Source of the DNA: Balneolaceae bacterium
GTDB taxonomy: Bacteria > Bacteroidota > Rhodothermia > Balneolales > Balneolaceae
Length of the DNA: 58,725 nucleotides
Direction: 5' to 3'
Assembly (NCBI GenBank): GCA_003559375.1
Contig: PWLN01000208.1
Coordinates: forward strand, 1-58,725
Both the position numbers and the translations under genes were made by a program. This document shows, in pieces, positions 9,870 to 20,251 of the stretch (positions are counted from its first letter, which is position 1; the number at the start of each line of letters is the position of its first letter). The notes under the pieces were generated by a model that searched no databases, was not told the DNA's origin, and saw only the letters and a program-made list of their open reading frames with translations.

Positions 9870-10832
9870 ATGAGTGAGATAATTTTTTTAGATGAAGTTA
9901 ATCGGGAAACCAGAACGGTGCTTACAGTGGGTACCTTCGACGGAGTTCATGCCGGACACAGAGTACTGATCAATAAAGTTGTAGAGGCAGCCAAAAAAAA
10001 CAATGCAAGGAGCGTAATTGTAACATTCGACCCACACCCAAGGGAAATTATAAACCCGGGAGCAGCCGGAATAAAGCTCCTAAGCTCACTTGAGGAGAGA
10101 AGAGAGTTACTTGCAGATATTGGTGTTGATATGATGGTTGTAATTCCGTTTGACAGAGACTTTTCCCTGTTATCTTCTGAAGAGTTTGTAAAAAAAATTA
10201 TCTGGGAAAAAATTGGTGTGTCACATTTTATTATTGGATATGACCATCATTTCGGCAAAAATAGAGAGGGTACCATAGAGACAGTTGAGAGCCTTGGTAA
10301 AGAGCTTGGCTTTCAATGCCTGGTGATTTCGAAACAGGAAGTAGGAGATAAAACTGTTAGCAGCACAGCAATTCGAAAAGCGATTCTTGGAGAAGGCGAT
10401 ATGGAATTAGCCGCCCGATTCCTCGAACGATACTACATACTGAACGGTAATGTAATTCATGGTGATAAAAGGGGAAAGAAAATCGGTTATCCTACGGCAA
10501 ATATTCAGCCTGATAATGCGGATAAGGCAATTCCAAAAAATGGGGTATATGCTGTTTGGGTGAGATTGGATAGGGTATTTTACTCTGGAATGATGAATAT
10601 TGGAAACAGGCCTACATTCGAAGAGAGTAAACCTGCAATGGAAGTACACATTTTTGATTTTGAAAGGGATATTTACGGAAGAGATATTCATATTCAGTTT
10701 GTAAAAAGGCTTCGTGATGAAAAAGCGTTTTCCGGTGTGGAGGAATTGATTGCACAATTAAAAAGAGATGAGATGATGGCACGAAAGGTACTAAAGGAGC
10801 ATTCACCAAATATTGCAAAACTAAGGAAATAA
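9870..10832 (+). CDS. ribF: Bifunctional riboflavin kinase/FAD synthetase
   Basis: GTFDGVHAGH, TFDPHP, VSSTAIR and GYPTAN motifs. Confidence 0.97.
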   Translation: MSEIIFLDEVNRETRTVLTVGTFDGVHAGHRVLINKVVEAAKKNNARSVIVTFDPHPREIINPGAAGIKLLSSLEERRELLADIGVDMMVVIPFDRDFSLLSSEEFVKKIIWEKIGVSHFIIGYDHHFGKNREGTIETVESLGKELGFQCLVISKQEVGDKTVSSTAIRKAILGEGDMELAARFLERYYILNGNVIHGDKRGKKIGYPTANIQPDNADKAIPKNGVYAVWVRLDRVFYSGMMNIGNRPTFEESKPAMEVHIFDFERDIYGRDIHIQFVKRLRDEKAFSGVEELIAQLKRDEMMARKVLKEHSPNIAKLRK

Positions 10833-10886
10833 GCTTATTTTTATCTGCTGTAGTATAGAAAGAATTGAATTATTATAAATCTGAAA

Positions 10887-11156
10887 ATGAGCATAACACA
10901 AGAAATAAAAAAAGAACTAATTGAAAAATTCGGTGGTTCAGAGGAGAACACCGGTTCAGTTGAAGCACAGATTGCCATCATAACAGCAAGAATAAATCAT
11001 CTAACTGAACACCTTGGAAGCAATAAAAAAGACCACTCTTCCAGAAGAGGGCTTTTGAAGCTTGTTGGTAAACGAAGAAGGCTCCTGAATTATCTGAAAG
11101 ATAACGATATTTTGAAGTACCGGGAACTTATTAAAGATCTTGGTATAAGAAAATAA
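10887..11156 (+). CDS. rpsO: 30S ribosomal protein S15
   Basis: [10 protein letters not shown] and [24 protein letters not shown] motifs. Confidence 0.99.
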   Translation: MSITQEIKKELIEKFGGSEENTGSVEAQIAIITARINHLTEHLGSNKKDHSSRRGLLKLVGKRRRLLNYLKDNDILKYRELIKDLGIRK

Positions 11157-11165
11157 GCATTTCTT

Positions 11166-11194
11166 AAGGCACGTGTACGTTACGTGCCTTTTTT
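11166..11194 (+). terminator. Intrinsic terminator after rpsO
   Basis: aaggcacgt / acgtgcctt stem plus T tract. Confidence 0.85.
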
Positions 11195-11298
11195 ATATAC
11201 ATATACCTCAATCGCTTACCACATGGTATTTGTATCACTTCATTTTAATTTATAAAGACGTAAGCAATTAATCAGACAGAAAGAAGAAAGACAATTAT

Positions 11299-13413
11299 AT
11301 GAAAGAAGATTTTAGAAGTATTGAATTTGCACCAGGTAAAACAATATCCGTAGAAACGGGTCGAATCGCTAAATTGGCTGATGGTGCTGTAATGGTAAGA
11401 ATGGGTGATACAATGGTACTTTGTACCGTTGTAAGCGCAAAGGATGTAAAAGCAGGGCAGGATTTCTTTCCGCTCGTGGTTGATTTGCGTGAAAGCTTTA
11501 CAGCCGGGGGCAAGTTTCCCGGCGGATTTCTGAAAAGAGAAAGCCGTCCATCTGATGGTGAAACCCTGGCAAGCCGCTTAATCGACAGAAGTTTACGCCC
11601 GTTATTTCCTGAAGGATTTTTCAATGAAACTCAGGTTATATGCCAGGTTTACTCTTCTGATGGCCAAAATGAGGCAGATGTTCTTGGTGCATTCGGCGCA
11701 TCGGCTGCAATCCATCTTTCAGATATACCCTACGACGGACCGATGGCTCAGGTTAAGGTTGGGCGTATAAATGGCGAATTAGTGATCAATCCAACGATCG
11801 ATGAGCTGAAAAAAAGTGATATGGATATGATTGTTGCCGGTACCAAAACCAGCGTGATCATGATCGAAGGAGAGATGAAAGAGATCAGTGAGAAGGAAAT
11901 GGTGGATGCCATCAAAGAAGGCCATAAAGCAATTGCGAAGCTCTGTGAATTCCAGGACGAACTGCGTAAAGAATTTGGCGTCGAGAAACGTGAATTTACA
12001 CCTGCAGAAGTGAATACAGAACTCAAAACCAAAGTTGAAAATGTTGCAGGCCATAAAATTAAAGAAATTGTTGAAACAGGCCTTGGCAAAGAAGAATACA
12101 ACGGCAGACTGCGTGAACTGAAAGATGCAGTAATCGAAGAAATTACTACTCAGGAAGAATATGCTGAATCTGCTGCCGAAATTTCCGATTTCTTTGGGAA
12201 GATTGAAAAAAGAGAGCTGAGAAATATGATTCTTGAGAAACAGCGAAGAATCGATGGCAGGTCGCCGGAAGACATCCGAAGCATCTGGTCTCAGGTTGGC
12301 TATTTACCAAGGGCACACGGGTCATCCATTTTTTCCAGAGGTGAAACCCAGGCATTGGTTTCTGTAACACTTGGTACCAAGCGTGATGCTCAAAGTGTGG
12401 ATACACTCTTCTATGCTGAAGATAAAACATTTATGCTGCATTATAACTTTCCGCCTTACTGTGTAGGCGAAGCCGGTTTCCTTAGAGGTCCGGGGCGGCG
12501 TGAAATAGGGCATGGCCATCTGGCAGAAAGAGCGCTCAAAATGGTATTGCCATCTTATGATGACTTTTCTTATGTGATACGCGTTCGCTCTGATATTACC
12601 GAATCTAACGGATCTTCCTCAATGGCATCTGTTTGCGGTGGATCAATGGCTTTGATGGATGCAGGAGTTCCATTGCCGAAACCTGTAGCAGGTATTGCGA
12701 TGGGTATGGTTGTTGGTGATGATAAATCTGTTGTGCTTTCTGATATTCGTGGTGAGGAGGACTTTATGGGAGATATGGACTTTAAAACTGCAGGAACGGT
12801 TGATGGAATCACAGCAACCCAAATGGATATGAAAGTACAGGGAATCAGCTTTGAAGTGATCGAAGAAGCACTTGCACAAGCACGTACAGGCCGACTCCAT
12901 ATTCTTGAAAAAATGGCTGAAATCATATCAACACCGCGGGAATCACTCTCACAATATGCTCCGCAATTTGTGAAAATGACGATTGATGGTGATAGTATTG
13001 GTGCAGTGATTGGCCCGGGTGGTAAAGTTATTCAAACACTTCAAAAAGAAACCGGTACTGAAATCTGGATTGAAGAAGATGAATCCGGAAAAGGACAGAT
13101 CACAATATCTGCTGATAGTCTTGATAAAGCTGAAAATGCCAAAAAACGAATTCAGGCCATTGCAGGGCAGCTCGACGAGGGAACTGTATACAAAGGAACC
13201 GTTAAGGCGATTAAAGAATATGGTGCATTTGTTGAGATCCTGCCAGGTAAAGAGGGCTTGCTGCATATCTCAGAAATCAATCACAGCCATGTAAAAAAAG
13301 TAGAAGATTTTCTGTCAGTAGGAGACGTAATTGACGTGAAACTTCTGAAAGTTGAGCATGGAGGTAAGTTACGCTTATCAAGAAAAGCTCTTCTCGAAAA
13401 AGATGAAGAGTAA
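11299..13413 (+). CDS. pnp: Polyribonucleotide nucleotidyltransferase (PNPase)
   Basis: SRLIDRSLRPLF, RREIGHG, SNGSSSMAS and GDMDFK motifs; KH and S1 domains. Confidence 0.99.
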   Translation: MKEDFRSIEFAPGKTISVETGRIAKLADGAVMVRMGDTMVLCTVVSAKDVKAGQDFFPLVVDLRESFTAGGKFPGGFLKRESRPSDGETLASRLIDRSLRPLFPEGFFNETQVICQVYSSDGQNEADVLGAFGASAAIHLSDIPYDGPMAQVKVGRINGELVINPTIDELKKSDMDMIVAGTKTSVIMIEGEMKEISEKEMVDAIKEGHKAIAKLCEFQDELRKEFGVEKREFTPAEVNTELKTKVENVAGHKIKEIVETGLGKEEYNGRLRELKDAVIEEITTQEEYAESAAEISDFFGKIEKRELRNMILEKQRRIDGRSPEDIRSIWSQVGYLPRAHGSSIFSRGETQALVSVTLGTKRDAQSVDTLFYAEDKTFMLHYNFPPYCVGEAGFLRGPGRREIGHGHLAERALKMVLPSYDDFSYVIRVRSDITESNGSSSMASVCGGSMALMDAGVPLPKPVAGIAMGMVVGDDKSVVLSDIRGEEDFMGDMDFKTAGTVDGITATQMDMKVQGISFEVIEEALAQARTGRLHILEKMAEIISTPRESLSQYAPQFVKMTIDGDSIGAVIGPGGKVIQTLQKETGTEIWIEEDESGKGQITISADSLDKAENAKKRIQAIAGQLDEGTVYKGTVKAIKEYGAFVEILPGKEGLLHISEINHSHVKKVEDFLSVGDVIDVKLLKVEHGGKLRLSRKALLEKDEE

Positions 13414-13443
13414 AAGGTTCGTAATAATTTTGATTTGAACAGC

Positions 13444-13482
13444 AAAAAAGCGGCTTCATTATTATGAAGTCGCTTTTTTTTT
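13444..13482 (+). terminator. Intrinsic terminator after pnp
   Basis: aaaaaagcggcttcat / atgaagtcgctttttt stem plus T tract. Confidence 0.9.
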
Positions 13483-13533
13483 ACCATCATATAGCATTCC
13501 CAATCCTGATAGAACTTTAGTAAATTCAGAATT

Positions 13534-14184
13534 ATGGGACGAATGATTATCTTTTTGTTTATCAACATCATTTTTGTTGTGCCATCTTTATCGCACGCTA
13601 TGACTCATGACCAGCCTGAACCACCTGGTGCATTTCTGCGCTCAATGATCTTGCCGGGATGGGGACACTATTACGTGGATAAAGACAATTGGAACAGGGG
13701 AAAAATCCATCTCGGTACAGAAGCAATTCTGATTGCCTCATATTTCGGATTACTGAATCGTGTGTCTAATCTTGAGGAAAGATATATCACACTTGCATCC
13801 CTTAAAGCAGGAGTTCATATTCAAAGCAGGAGCAGAGCTTTTCAGCTTGCTATCGGTGATTATTCCAATCTTAGCGCATATAATGATTATCAGCTGCGTA
13901 GCCGCAACTGGAATAGATTACTTGAAGATTCTTTGGAAAACAGATGGAATTGGAATTCTGAAGTGGACAGGATCAGATATAATCAACTCAGGTCAGACAG
14001 AGACCGGGTTAGAAATCAGTTACCGGGAATCATAGGTCTAATGGCCGTAAATCGAGTGGTAAGTGCATTAAGTTCATATCACCGTGCAAGAAATCTAAGC
14101 AGTATGCCTGATATTGCAGTGCTACCGGTTGCCGATCAACAAATTTTTACCGGAGCAGTGATATATATTGGATTAAGCTTCTGA
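13534..14184 (+). CDS. Exported/membrane hypothetical protein (DUF5683-like)
   Basis: Signal peptide, AFLRSMILPGWGHYY motif, hydrophobic segments, C-terminal Phe. Confidence 0.7.
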   Translation: MGRMIIFLFINIIFVVPSLSHAMTHDQPEPPGAFLRSMILPGWGHYYVDKDNWNRGKIHLGTEAILIASYFGLLNRVSNLEERYITLASLKAGVHIQSRSRAFQLAIGDYSNLSAYNDYQLRSRNWNRLLEDSLENRWNWNSEVDRIRYNQLRSDRDRVRNQLPGIIGLMAVNRVVSALSSYHRARNLSSMPDIAVLPVADQQIFTGAVIYIGLSF

Positions 14185-14232
14185 ATCTTACCACAGGATA
14201 TTCAATATCTACATTTAAAAAATCAAAACAAC

Positions 14233-14976
14233 TTGAATCGATATAAAATTATTATTGAGTATGATGGAACCCACTTTAATGGCTGGCAAATTCAACCGGA
14301 TGCCCGAACTGTTGAAGGGGTTATCGAACAAGCTTTCTCGATATTATTTCAGGAAAAAATTGATATTGCAGGACAAGGCCGAACCGATACAGGAGTTCAT
14401 GCCAGGGCACAGGTTGCTCATGTTGATTTGCCAGATAAATTTCATGCCGGTAAAATTATTTCTGCAATGAACAGCCTGTTACCCGAAGATGTAACACTGC
14501 TTGATATCAAAATGGTAAACTCTGATTTTCATGCTCGTTTTGATGCTCTTTCGCGTACTTACAATTACCAGATTATTCAGCGACGGTCATCCCTGATGAG
14601 GAACATGACCTGGCATATTTACAAAAAAATCGAAAAAAAACTGTTAGAAGAGTGTGCAGGCATACTAAATGGTGAGCACGATTTCATTAATTTTTGTATT
14701 CCTTCTGAATCAGAATATCAAACCACGATTTGTCATATTTCTGAAAGCTATTGGTTTGAAAAGGAAGAAATGTTCATTTATCAAATTACGGGGAACCGCT
14801 TCTTGAGGCATATGGTGCGAAGGCTTGTTGGCAATATGATTAAAGTTGCATCAGGAGAACAACGATTAAGTGATTTTTCAGCTATGTTGTCGAAAGATGA
14901 AGTAATTCAAAAAGGGCTCACGGCGCCGGCAAAAGGTCTTTGCCTTGAAAAAGTAATCTATCATACAGAAGAATAG
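14233..14976 (+). CDS. truA: tRNA pseudouridine(38-40) synthase
   Basis: YDGTHFNGWQ, GRTDTGVHA, FHARFDA and FLRHMVR motifs; TTG start. Confidence 0.97.
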   Translation: MNRYKIIIEYDGTHFNGWQIQPDARTVEGVIEQAFSILFQEKIDIAGQGRTDTGVHARAQVAHVDLPDKFHAGKIISAMNSLLPEDVTLLDIKMVNSDFHARFDALSRTYNYQIIQRRSSLMRNMTWHIYKKIEKKLLEECAGILNGEHDFINFCIPSESEYQTTICHISESYWFEKEEMFIYQITGNRFLRHMVRRLVGNMIKVASGEQRLSDFSAMLSKDEVIQKGLTAPAKGLCLEKVIYHTEE

Positions 14977-15170
14977 GATTAATATTTATGAATCAGATTG
15001 AATTTAAATTACAGTGAAGAGAAATTAGAGGGTCAAATTTTTTGGCATTTCATTTTTTGATTCTGCATATTTAAGCGACAGCAATTCATCGTATTAGTGA
15101 AACAAGAGAAAATCGAAACAAAAATTCGTCTAATCATCTGACGAGTTTTTAAAAATCAAGAGAGAATATT

Positions 15171-17462
15171 ATGAAACCATTACTAAGGTTCTGCCTGTTT
15201 ATTGCAACGTTATTAATCATCACATCTACAAAATTATCGGGCCAGGAATTACTTTGGACATATGATTTTGGAAATTATTCCGGTGTAAAAACATCAGGAG
15301 ATGATACAACTTTCATTTCACAACAACAGAAAAAAGGTGGGATTCTCAGAGTTCGCACCGGAATAAACAATGACGGCAGGGATATCAGAATAGCAGCATA
15401 TAGTAACGAGATAGGTACATATTCACGAATGATGCTCGATGCTGGTGCTACAGGAGCAAGAAATATTTTTGAAATTTATGGATTTGAAGCTACAGAGTTT
15501 CTGTACCTGAAAGTAACGATTCAAATCCGGGCCGATGGCCAGAATAATTTTGAAGTTTTTGCTGGAACCGATGCCTCATCGGGTAATTCACTGAATCTGG
15601 GCCATATTGTTGCTGGAATCAGATTTTCTATTCAGCAGGATATGGATTCAGGCCATTTATTCATTAATAAACAGAGAAAAAGTGGAACAGGAACCGGAAT
15701 CAGTTCAGCACATGACTTTAATCAGAATCTCGTTGAGTTAGGCGAAAAGCATCAAATAGAATTTTATATCAATAATTCACAAGACGATCATTACTATTAT
15801 AGAAATGGATTCTCGTACCCGTTAAGCAGCAATCAACAGGCTTATTGGATCGACGGGGTGTTTGTTGCAGCAGGTCCGGCAAGTGTAAATGGAAATCATC
15901 AGGGCAGTCCGGTTTCGATAGGTGAAAAAATCTCTGTCATCAGATTTCTTGGCGGCGGTGTGAATGGTGAAGTAGCCACTATGGAAATTGATGATCTTAT
16001 ATATGCGAATCATTTTCCTGTATTACGGGATATAAAAGGTGGCGAAGGGTGGAGAATGCTTGCGGCAACCTCAGAAGATTTTACCGTTGAAACTCTGAAT
16101 CGTCAGAATCATTTGCAGGGTATAACCGGAGCAGCAGTTGAGGGTGGAATTTCTAATCTGTATAAATTTGACCCCACAGCATCGGATAATCCATGGATTA
16201 CCCCAACCAGTACAAATGAAACGTTGATACCGGGACATGGTTTTATCTGGTATTTATATGATAATGCAGATTACCTGCCAAGCAAACCCTTGCCATTTAC
16301 CCTTGCATCTACTGGTTCGGCAATTGAGAATGATGTTACTGTTTCGTTGTTTTCTGCCGGTATGCAAAACAATAGCGGCTTGGCGTCTTATTCATGGAAT
16401 TTGCTTGGCAATCCATTTGGCAAAGATTTAAAACTTGATTATGCTGAAGGAGCAAATGCATGGGTTTCAGGTGGTAATCTGATGAGCGAAACTGTACAGG
16501 TATGGAGAAGTGACGGAAATTACCAGGTAATAAATGCAGGTGAAAGTATTGCGGCATTTCAGGGCTTCTTTGTTCATAATGATAACGCTTTGGAAATTAC
16601 AATTCCAATGATTGCATCCGAAAGCAGTGTTGCGGTATTCAATAAAGATTTGAACCCATTTCGATTGATACAATTCAGGCTTTCAGCTACAGATTCAAGA
16701 TCCGGTGAACAGTATAAAGATGAAGCGTTTCAAATCTATTTCCACCCGGATGCAGGCCATAATTGGGATAGGAAAGATGCAAAAAAACTGAGGCCACTTA
16801 CCAGTCGGTTTGTTTATGCCGCATTTGTAGGAGAACACAATGGTGCAACGGTTTTAAAAGCTCAGGATTCAAGGCCATTTAATCCCGGGGAGACTATCTC
16901 AATACCGGTTGAATTAACCTCAGCAGCCATAAATGGTATGGCTGATTTAGCAATTATGAGATATGAAAATATACCAAATAACTGGAGGGTTGAAATTGAG
17001 GACGCGAATACTGGCCTCAGGCAAATAGTAGATCGAGAGAATAAATTTAAATTCAACTTGACCAGTACAATTAATCCAAAAAAAATTCAAGATGTATCAT
17101 TACAATCCATGATCAGCTATCCTGCAAAAATAAATAACTATACACGATTTAAGATTAACATTTATCCCGGAGAAATTGATTCATGGAATGTATTGCCACA
17201 GAAAATGGCACTTCATCAAAACTACCCGAACCCTTTTAATCCAGCTACCAGGATATCTTTTGATCTGCCAGCAAGAAGTGAAATACATCTGGCTGTGTAT
17301 GATATGTTGGGACGTGAAGTAAGCATCTTGAAAAATGACTTTCTGAATGCAGGTAAACATGAGGTTTTATTCGATGCTTCAAATCTGGCAAGTGGTATTT
17401 ATTTGTACAGATTAACATCAAATGGAATGAATATTACTCGCAAACTAACAGTTTTAAAATAG
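15171..17462 (+). CDS. Secreted protein with T9SS type A C-terminal sorting domain
   Basis: Signal peptide; C-terminal LHQNYPNPFNPATRISFDLP...VYDMLGREV...LASGIYLYRL...TRKLTVLK. Confidence 0.9.
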   Translation: MKPLLRFCLFIATLLIITSTKLSGQELLWTYDFGNYSGVKTSGDDTTFISQQQKKGGILRVRTGINNDGRDIRIAAYSNEIGTYSRMMLDAGATGARNIFEIYGFEATEFLYLKVTIQIRADGQNNFEVFAGTDASSGNSLNLGHIVAGIRFSIQQDMDSGHLFINKQRKSGTGTGISSAHDFNQNLVELGEKHQIEFYINNSQDDHYYYRNGFSYPLSSNQQAYWIDGVFVAAGPASVNGNHQGSPVSIGEKISVIRFLGGGVNGEVATMEIDDLIYANHFPVLRDIKGGEGWRMLAATSEDFTVETLNRQNHLQGITGAAVEGGISNLYKFDPTASDNPWITPTSTNETLIPGHGFIWYLYDNADYLPSKPLPFTLASTGSAIENDVTVSLFSAGMQNNSGLASYSWNLLGNPFGKDLKLDYAEGANAWVSGGNLMSETVQVWRSDGNYQVINAGESIAAFQGFFVHNDNALEITIPMIASESSVAVFNKDLNPFRLIQFRLSATDSRSGEQYKDEAFQIYFHPDAGHNWDRKDAKKLRPLTSRFVYAAFVGEHNGATVLKAQDSRPFNPGETISIPVELTSAAINGMADLAIMRYENIPNNWRVEIEDANTGLRQIVDRENKFKFNLTSTINPKKIQDVSLQSMISYPAKINNYTRFKINIYPGEIDSWNVLPQKMALHQNYPNPFNPATRISFDLPARSEIHLAVYDMLGREVSILKNDFLNAGKHEVLFDASNLASGIYLYRLTSNGMNITRKLTVLK

Positions 17463-17633
17463 TTTAAAAAATCACATCAGATAAGATTAAATTGAATCGT
17501 TTAAAAAGTTAATAACAAACAATTTTTAACAAAGTTGTTTAAATAATATTTTTCTTGCAAATTGATTAATATTAAAATAGTTTCATTAAAGAATTTTAAA
17601 ACTAATTTGTTATAGTCATTCCAAGATGTATTC

Positions 17634-18359
17634 ATGAATCAGATAAAAGCAGAAAAACCGGATGTATTAATATCCGGAAAAACTTCTTTTAAGATTGAAG
17701 TACCTTATAAACTTATAGAAACCGGAGATAAGGGCAGGAGCAAACCGCTCATACTTTATTTACATGGCTATGGAGAAAATCTGAAAAAATTCGAAGAAGT
17801 TTGTAAACCATTTCTACGTTTTGAAGCATATCATCTTTTTATCCAGGGGCCTTATCCTATTTATGATAAAACCCGCAGTAAAACTGTATCTAAATGGGGT
17901 AGAGCCTGGTATTTATATGATGGTAAAAAAAAGCAGTTTATTAAATCATTAGAAATTTCATCAGAGTTTATTCAGGAAATTGTTGATAACCTGGTGAAAT
18001 TTATTAACGTAAGCAAAATGTGTGTGATCGGTTATTCAATGGGTGGATATCTGGCAGGCTATTTTGCTCTTACAAGATGGAAGCATGTAAAAGACTTGAT
18101 TGTTGTGAGTTGCAGAATTAAAACTGAAGTGGTTTCGGAGGTTAATTGGCAGAATTTGAAACACATTAAAATTATTGCTCTGCATGGAGATAATGATAAA
18201 ATTGTATCATTTTTACCACAAAAGATTGAAATTGATAAACTTAACAAACTTGGAGTTGAATCCACATTCAGATTATTAAACACCGATCACGCATTTTCAG
18301 ACATTTATATTGATGAAATTAATGACTGGTTGGAAAAAAAGAATTACAGTGTATTATAG
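17634..18359 (+). CDS. Alpha/beta hydrolase (phospholipase/carboxylesterase-like)
   Basis: LHGYG oxyanion motif, GYSMG nucleophile elbow, HGDND and a C-terminal His (DHAF). Confidence 0.85.
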   Translation: MNQIKAEKPDVLISGKTSFKIEVPYKLIETGDKGRSKPLILYLHGYGENLKKFEEVCKPFLRFEAYHLFIQGPYPIYDKTRSKTVSKWGRAWYLYDGKKKQFIKSLEISSEFIQEIVDNLVKFINVSKMCVIGYSMGGYLAGYFALTRWKHVKDLIVVSCRIKTEVVSEVNWQNLKHIKIIALHGDNDKIVSFLPQKIEIDKLNKLGVESTFRLLNTDHAFSDIYIDEINDWLEKKNYSVL

Positions 18360-18394
18360 TTACACTGTTTATCGTATTTATTTATATTAGATTT

Positions 18395-19096
18395 ATGGGA
18401 AAATTAGAGAATCTTGCCATACTCATCGTCGAGGATGACCCTACCATTCGCCTGCTTGTTAAAAAAGCACTTGAGCATCATGGTGGAAAAGTGTATGAGG
18501 CTGCTAATGCTGTACAAGCGGTGGAAATGTCTCAAATGCCAAATCTTGATATGATTATTCTGGATCTGAGACTACCGGATGGGAACGGGTATGATGTGTG
18601 TATTGAAATCCGTCAAAATGGAATTAAGACTCCAGTGTTAATACTTTCAGCAGATCATGAAACCGACATAAAAGTAAAAAATTTGAATGCCGGAGCTGAT
18701 GATTACCTTACCAAACCTTTCAGCATAGAAGAGCTTCTTGCCCGTATTGAAGCCATCAGAAGGCGCAGTAATGTTATAAATGGATCGGAGCTTAACTGCA
18801 ACGAAATGAAAATAAATGTTATTGAAAGAAAAGTAACAATTAACGGTAATGAAATTGATCTGACAAACAGCGAGTTTAATCTACTCGCATATTTAATCAA
18901 GAATAAGGGTAAAGTAATTTCTCTTGAAGAACTTGCGGAGAATGTTTGGGGAATTGATTTTGATACGCAAACGAATTACATAAATGTATATGTAAGCTAT
19001 CTGAGAAAGAAAATTCGAAAATTTTCAAAACATAAATATATACATACAGTGCGTAAACAGGGTTTCAAAATAGAATGTTCATCAGACGTTAATTGA
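18395..19096 (+). CDS. OmpR/PhoB-family response regulator
   Basis: IVEDD, LDLRLPDGNG and GADDYLTKPF receiver motifs; winged helix NVYVSYLRKKI...HTVRKQGF. Confidence 0.95.
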   Translation: MGKLENLAILIVEDDPTIRLLVKKALEHHGGKVYEAANAVQAVEMSQMPNLDMIILDLRLPDGNGYDVCIEIRQNGIKTPVLILSADHETDIKVKNLNAGADDYLTKPFSIEELLARIEAIRRRSNVINGSELNCNEMKINVIERKVTINGNEIDLTNSEFNLLAYLIKNKGKVISLEELAENVWGIDFDTQTNYINVYVSYLRKKIRKFSKHKYIHTVRKQGFKIECSSDVN

Positions 19097-19145
19097 ATTG
19101 AACCTGAATTGAAGTAAGCCAAATTTAGGCAAACCAATGATTAAA

Positions 19146-20135
19146 TCAATTATTAAGAAAAGAAATTGAAAATTCCGAAGATTGATTATTCATCTCTTTG
19201 AACATGAGATATTCTTCAGGGGTAATGTCAGCAATAAGATAACTTAATGGGTCAGTGGGTTTTCCATCAACAAGTACTTCATAATGAAGATGTGGGCCTT
19301 GTGTTAATCCGGAATTACCTGAGAAAGCAACGATTTCACCCCTTGTTACTTTTCGTCCCGGCCTGATCCCATCTGAAAATCCGGATAAATGCGCATATCT
19401 GGTAACTATACCAAAACCGTGGTCAATTTCAAGAAGGTTTCCATAGGTACCACGCCGGCCAGCAAATTTTACTACACCATCACCAGTAGAATAAACTTCA
19501 GTTCCGACATCTGCCCTGAAATCAACCCCTTCATGCATTCTTCTGTATCCCAATACGGGATGTGGCCTCATACCATAGCCGCTTAAAATGATACCATTCA
19601 CAGGTTTTATAGCTGGTATATTTCTTAACCTGTTTTTATTGAAATTGTAATAGTTTTTGATTTCATCAAATGATTGTGATTGATGATTAATTTGTCTCTC
19701 AAGTTGATCGAGTTTAGAAGCTGTTCTTCTTAGAATTTCGGAAGCTTCATCACTGTAGTAATCAAAATCTGAATAAATATCAGCCCCTCCTATACCGGCC
19801 ACCCGAATATCTTCTGAGATAGGATCAAGCCCGAGTATTGACCTGTACATCTCATTATCGAGTTTCGCAATTTCATTTAACTGATTTTCAATATCAATAA
19901 TTGAAACTTCAGCTTTTTTTAATTGGTTGATTAGCGTCTTATTTTCGTCTTTAAGGGCAATCTCAGCTGGGGTTCCAACAACATTTGATAATACAGCAAG
20001 CCCGAAACAAGCAATAACAATCGAATTTATCAACCAAAATGTTAATGAATGGATAAGCTTTTTTTTACTGTCATATTCAATAGGTACAAATTCACATCGT
20101 TCTGGGTCGTAAATGTAATGTGTTTTATGTGCCAT
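19146..20135 (-). CDS. M23 family metallopeptidase (TM plus coiled coil)
   Basis: HEGVD, YAHL and GPHLHYEV zinc-binding motifs. Confidence 0.93.
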   Translation of the reverse strand: MAHKTHYIYDPERCEFVPIEYDSKKKLIHSLTFWLINSIVIACFGLAVLSNVVGTPAEIALKDENKTLINQLKKAEVSIIDIENQLNEIAKLDNEMYRSILGLDPISEDIRVAGIGGADIYSDFDYYSDEASEILRRTASKLDQLERQINHQSQSFDEIKNYYNFNKNRLRNIPAIKPVNGIILSGYGMRPHPVLGYRRMHEGVDFRADVGTEVYSTGDGVVKFAGRRGTYGNLLEIDHGFGIVTRYAHLSGFSDGIRPGRKVTRGEIVAFSGNSGLTQGPHLHYEVLVDGKPTDPLSYLIADITPEEYLMFKEMNNQSSEFSISFLNN

Positions 20136-20251
20136 GAAATTTTAGTAGAGCAGGTAAAAAGAGATTAAGTAAAAAAGATAGCTTATAAAGCCTAAAAATG
20201 AAAGTTAGCTGTCGTGTAAAAATAGTAAATAATTGTTAGAAAGAAACGGAA

